DNA from: Caldilineaceae bacterium
Lineage (GTDB): Bacteria > Chloroflexota > Anaerolineae > Caldilineales > Caldilineaceae
Assembly (NCBI GenBank): GCA_965232575.1
Contig: CBDDPZ010000009.1
Coordinates: forward strand, 161,217 to 225,216
DNA length: 64,000 bases
Direction: 5' to 3'
Position 1 is the first letter of the stretch, and each line of letters opens with the position of its first letter. The translations under genes were made by a program, and so were the position numbers. The notes under the pieces are model-generated. The model was not told the origin of the DNA and made no database searches. It saw nothing but the letters and a program-made list of their open reading frames with translations. This document shows, in pieces, positions 62,356 through 64,000 of the stretch.

Positions 62356-63777
62356 CTAAAACAGATTGTCAGGTGTCGTTGACGGGCACCAGCGATGCGC
62401 GCTCAAATAGTCCAGGGCGATGCTGAGAGCCTCGGTCGTGCCGATGCGGCGCAACGCGTCTACGGCATTGGCGCGAACATAACGGTTCTCATCGCGCAAT
62501 GAATTTTGCAGAGCGGGCACGGCCTCTTTCGCGTCGGGACCAAGCCGCTGAAGCGAAAGTGCAGCTGTAAAACGCGCCTGATCATCGGCGTCCTTTAGTC
62601 CAGCTTCAAGCGCAGGCAATGTCACTTCAATCGGTTCCTTCAATAGGCCAAGTGCCTCAACCGCACTGCGCCGCACGACAATCGAAGGATCAGTGATGGC
62701 CTTGGCGACCGCCTTGGCGTTTTCGTTGCTGGCTTGTCCCAACTCGCCCAGCGCAAACGCCGCGTGCATGCGCGCCTCCTCGCTTTCGTGCCCCATGACA
62801 TCCAGCAATACGCCTTGCGCGGCAGGCCCAATCTCGCTCAACCCGTAGCCCGCATTCCGCGCAGCGACGGCCTTTCCGCTTGTGAGAGCTCCTGCAAGCA
62901 AAGGGATCGCCTTTTCGCGGCAGGCGGCCAAGCGATAGGCGGATTCGACCCCTTCCGGCTCGTATCTTGAAGCCAGTTTTTCGGCCAGTTCGGACATCGC
63001 GCCTTCCACAGACCTGCGCCCATTCGACTGCGGGGCCACCGCGGCGTCTCCATCCCTTTGCGCTCCGCTCTCGCCCCGGTGCCAGCGCCACTGGTATTCC
63101 CACAGAACATTGTGATCGACCGAACCGTCCTCGACTGCCGTCCATCCCTCCTGTCTGTTGTTCCACGCCGGTCCCGAAGGGGCATCCATGCGCACAAACT
63201 GAAACTTCATCATTGCCCGCGTCTTCTTCGAAAGGTTGGCGCCGCCTCGGTGCCACAGGTCATAGTGAATGAGCGCGAACGTGCCTTCCGGCCCCTTCAG
63301 GTAAACCGGCGTTTCCGTGTCGTCACCGGCCCGTTTCGTATAGTATTGCGACCCCGAGAGCAGACCCGACGGCCCCATCTCCTCATCCACCGCCTGGGGA
63401 TAGTAGAAGATCATCGCCCACCAGTTGTGGTGATTTCGTACCTTCTGGTGTCCCCAATAGCTGTCCTTGTGCCAATGCTGGACTTTACGCCCCGGATACG
63501 TGAAATGACAGTGTCGGTGCGGATGTATCGTATAGTCACTTCCCAATACACTCGTCAAAGCGCCTCGCACCGCCGGACTCTGAACGATGTCGCCGACCTC
63601 GCTGAACCGCGGCAAAAGGTTGTTGCCGGGGTTGCCCTCCCTCTCCATCACTTCATTCAGCTTGGCGTTCAACCCTTCGTGAAACTCCTTGGGAAAATCG
63701 GTCTTTAAGACCACGTAACCCCGGGAGATAAACTGGCGCATCTGATCGTCAGTCAGAAGATAGTCCGAAACGCTCAT
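62356..63777 (-). CDS. PhyH-family oxygenase domain fused to C-terminal HEAT (PBS-lyase-like) repeats
   Basis: ORF track 62356..63831. ATG 63777 preferred (AGGAAGGGA SD). N-terminal part: ..FISRGYVVLKTDFP.., ..VQHWHKDSYW.. (HxD), ..HYDLWHRGGAN... C-terminal part: ..EEARMHAAFALGELG.., ..VVRRSAVEALGLL.., ..DDQARFTAALSLQRLG.., ..NRYVRANAVDALRRIG... Confidence 0.85.
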   Translation of the reverse strand: MSVSDYLLTDDQMRQFISRGYVVLKTDFPKEFHEGLNAKLNEVMEREGNPGNNLLPRFSEVGDIVQSPAVRGALTSVLGSDYTIHPHRHCHFTYPGRKVQHWHKDSYWGHQKVRNHHNWWAMIFYYPQAVDEEMGPSGLLSGSQYYTKRAGDDTETPVYLKGPEGTFALIHYDLWHRGGANLSKKTRAMMKFQFVRMDAPSGPAWNNRQEGWTAVEDGSVDHNVLWEYQWRWHRGESGAQRDGDAAVAPQSNGRRSVEGAMSELAEKLASRYEPEGVESAYRLAACREKAIPLLAGALTSGKAVAARNAGYGLSEIGPAAQGVLLDVMGHESEEARMHAAFALGELGQASNENAKAVAKAITDPSIVVRRSAVEALGLLKEPIEVTLPALEAGLKDADDQARFTAALSLQRLGPDAKEAVPALQNSLRDENRYVRANAVDALRRIGTTEALSIALDYLSAHRWCPSTTPDNLF

Positions 63778-63912
63778 TTCTCTTCCCTTCCTCGTGGGTC
63801 TCAGGAGCGCCGGGATGCCTGAACCCTGCATCTTGGTTGCAGAGTTTGGCGCGGCAACTCGAAATCCAACAGTCTGCGCGTTACACTGTCTGCACTTTAC
63901 ATCGTCTGAATT

Positions 63913-64000
63913 TTACACCGTCGGGCGGCAGAGTTGGCCGTCTTTAAGGATCGGTATGGCCTGGCCCCAGAGTTCGGTACCTTCGCGGTTCATGATGGGT
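63913..64000 (-). CDS. 3' end of an unidentified CDS that starts beyond the right window edge
   Basis: The reverse frame reads ..IMNREGTELWGQAIPILKDGQLCRPTV* with TAA at 63913..63915. It is open to base 64000. Only 28 codons are visible, so no family call. Confidence 0.4.
   Translation of the reverse strand, partial: PIMNREGTELWGQAIPILKDGQLCRPTV

Overview
GC-rich bacterial chromosomal segment, densely coding on both strands: about 55 protein genes, frequent GTG/TTG starts and several 1-14 nt start/stop overlaps. All family calls come from motif recognition by eye. No searches were run and no statistics were computed.

The left half (1 to about 33 kb) is mostly housekeeping:
- a UPF0182 membrane protein, partial and absent from the ORF track because it runs off the window
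- TrmI, an acyl-CoA dehydrogenase, an EF-G2-type EF-G paralogue and a GT2 synthase
- polA, argS and serA
- M20 peptidases, a PAC2 protein, DUF58 plus a transglutaminase, and a RIO kinase

The right half (about 33-64 kb) looks like a patchwork of small catabolic and transport modules:
- four PhyH-family Fe(II)/2OG dioxygenase paralogues, one fused to HEAT repeats
- an SDR-cupin-VOC operon, an orphan sugar-binding lipoprotein and a homocysteine S-methyltransferase
- an HpcH aldolase next to a ferritin-like putative diiron protein, ribokinase and rhamnose mutarotase
- a PdaC-like deacetylase with an internal tandem duplication, and a Cys-type sulfatase
- a frameshifted esterase next to a doubly frameshifted small membrane gene
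- Gfo/Idh/MocA + MFS + a split UxaA/SuyAB-like dehydratase, DUF368, and a second MFS

I found no rRNA, tRNA, CRISPR array, transposase/integrase, prophage or recognisable defence genes. No single obvious novel system stands out. The best candidates for follow-up are:
- the PhyH-HEAT fusion operon
- the ferritin-like two-ExxH protein
- the split UxaA cluster with an adjacent unknown 304-aa protein
- the decayed esterase locus
- several long ORF-free leaders behind near-consensus promoters

The gene content gives an impression of Chloroflexota or related Terrabacteria. That is unverified.
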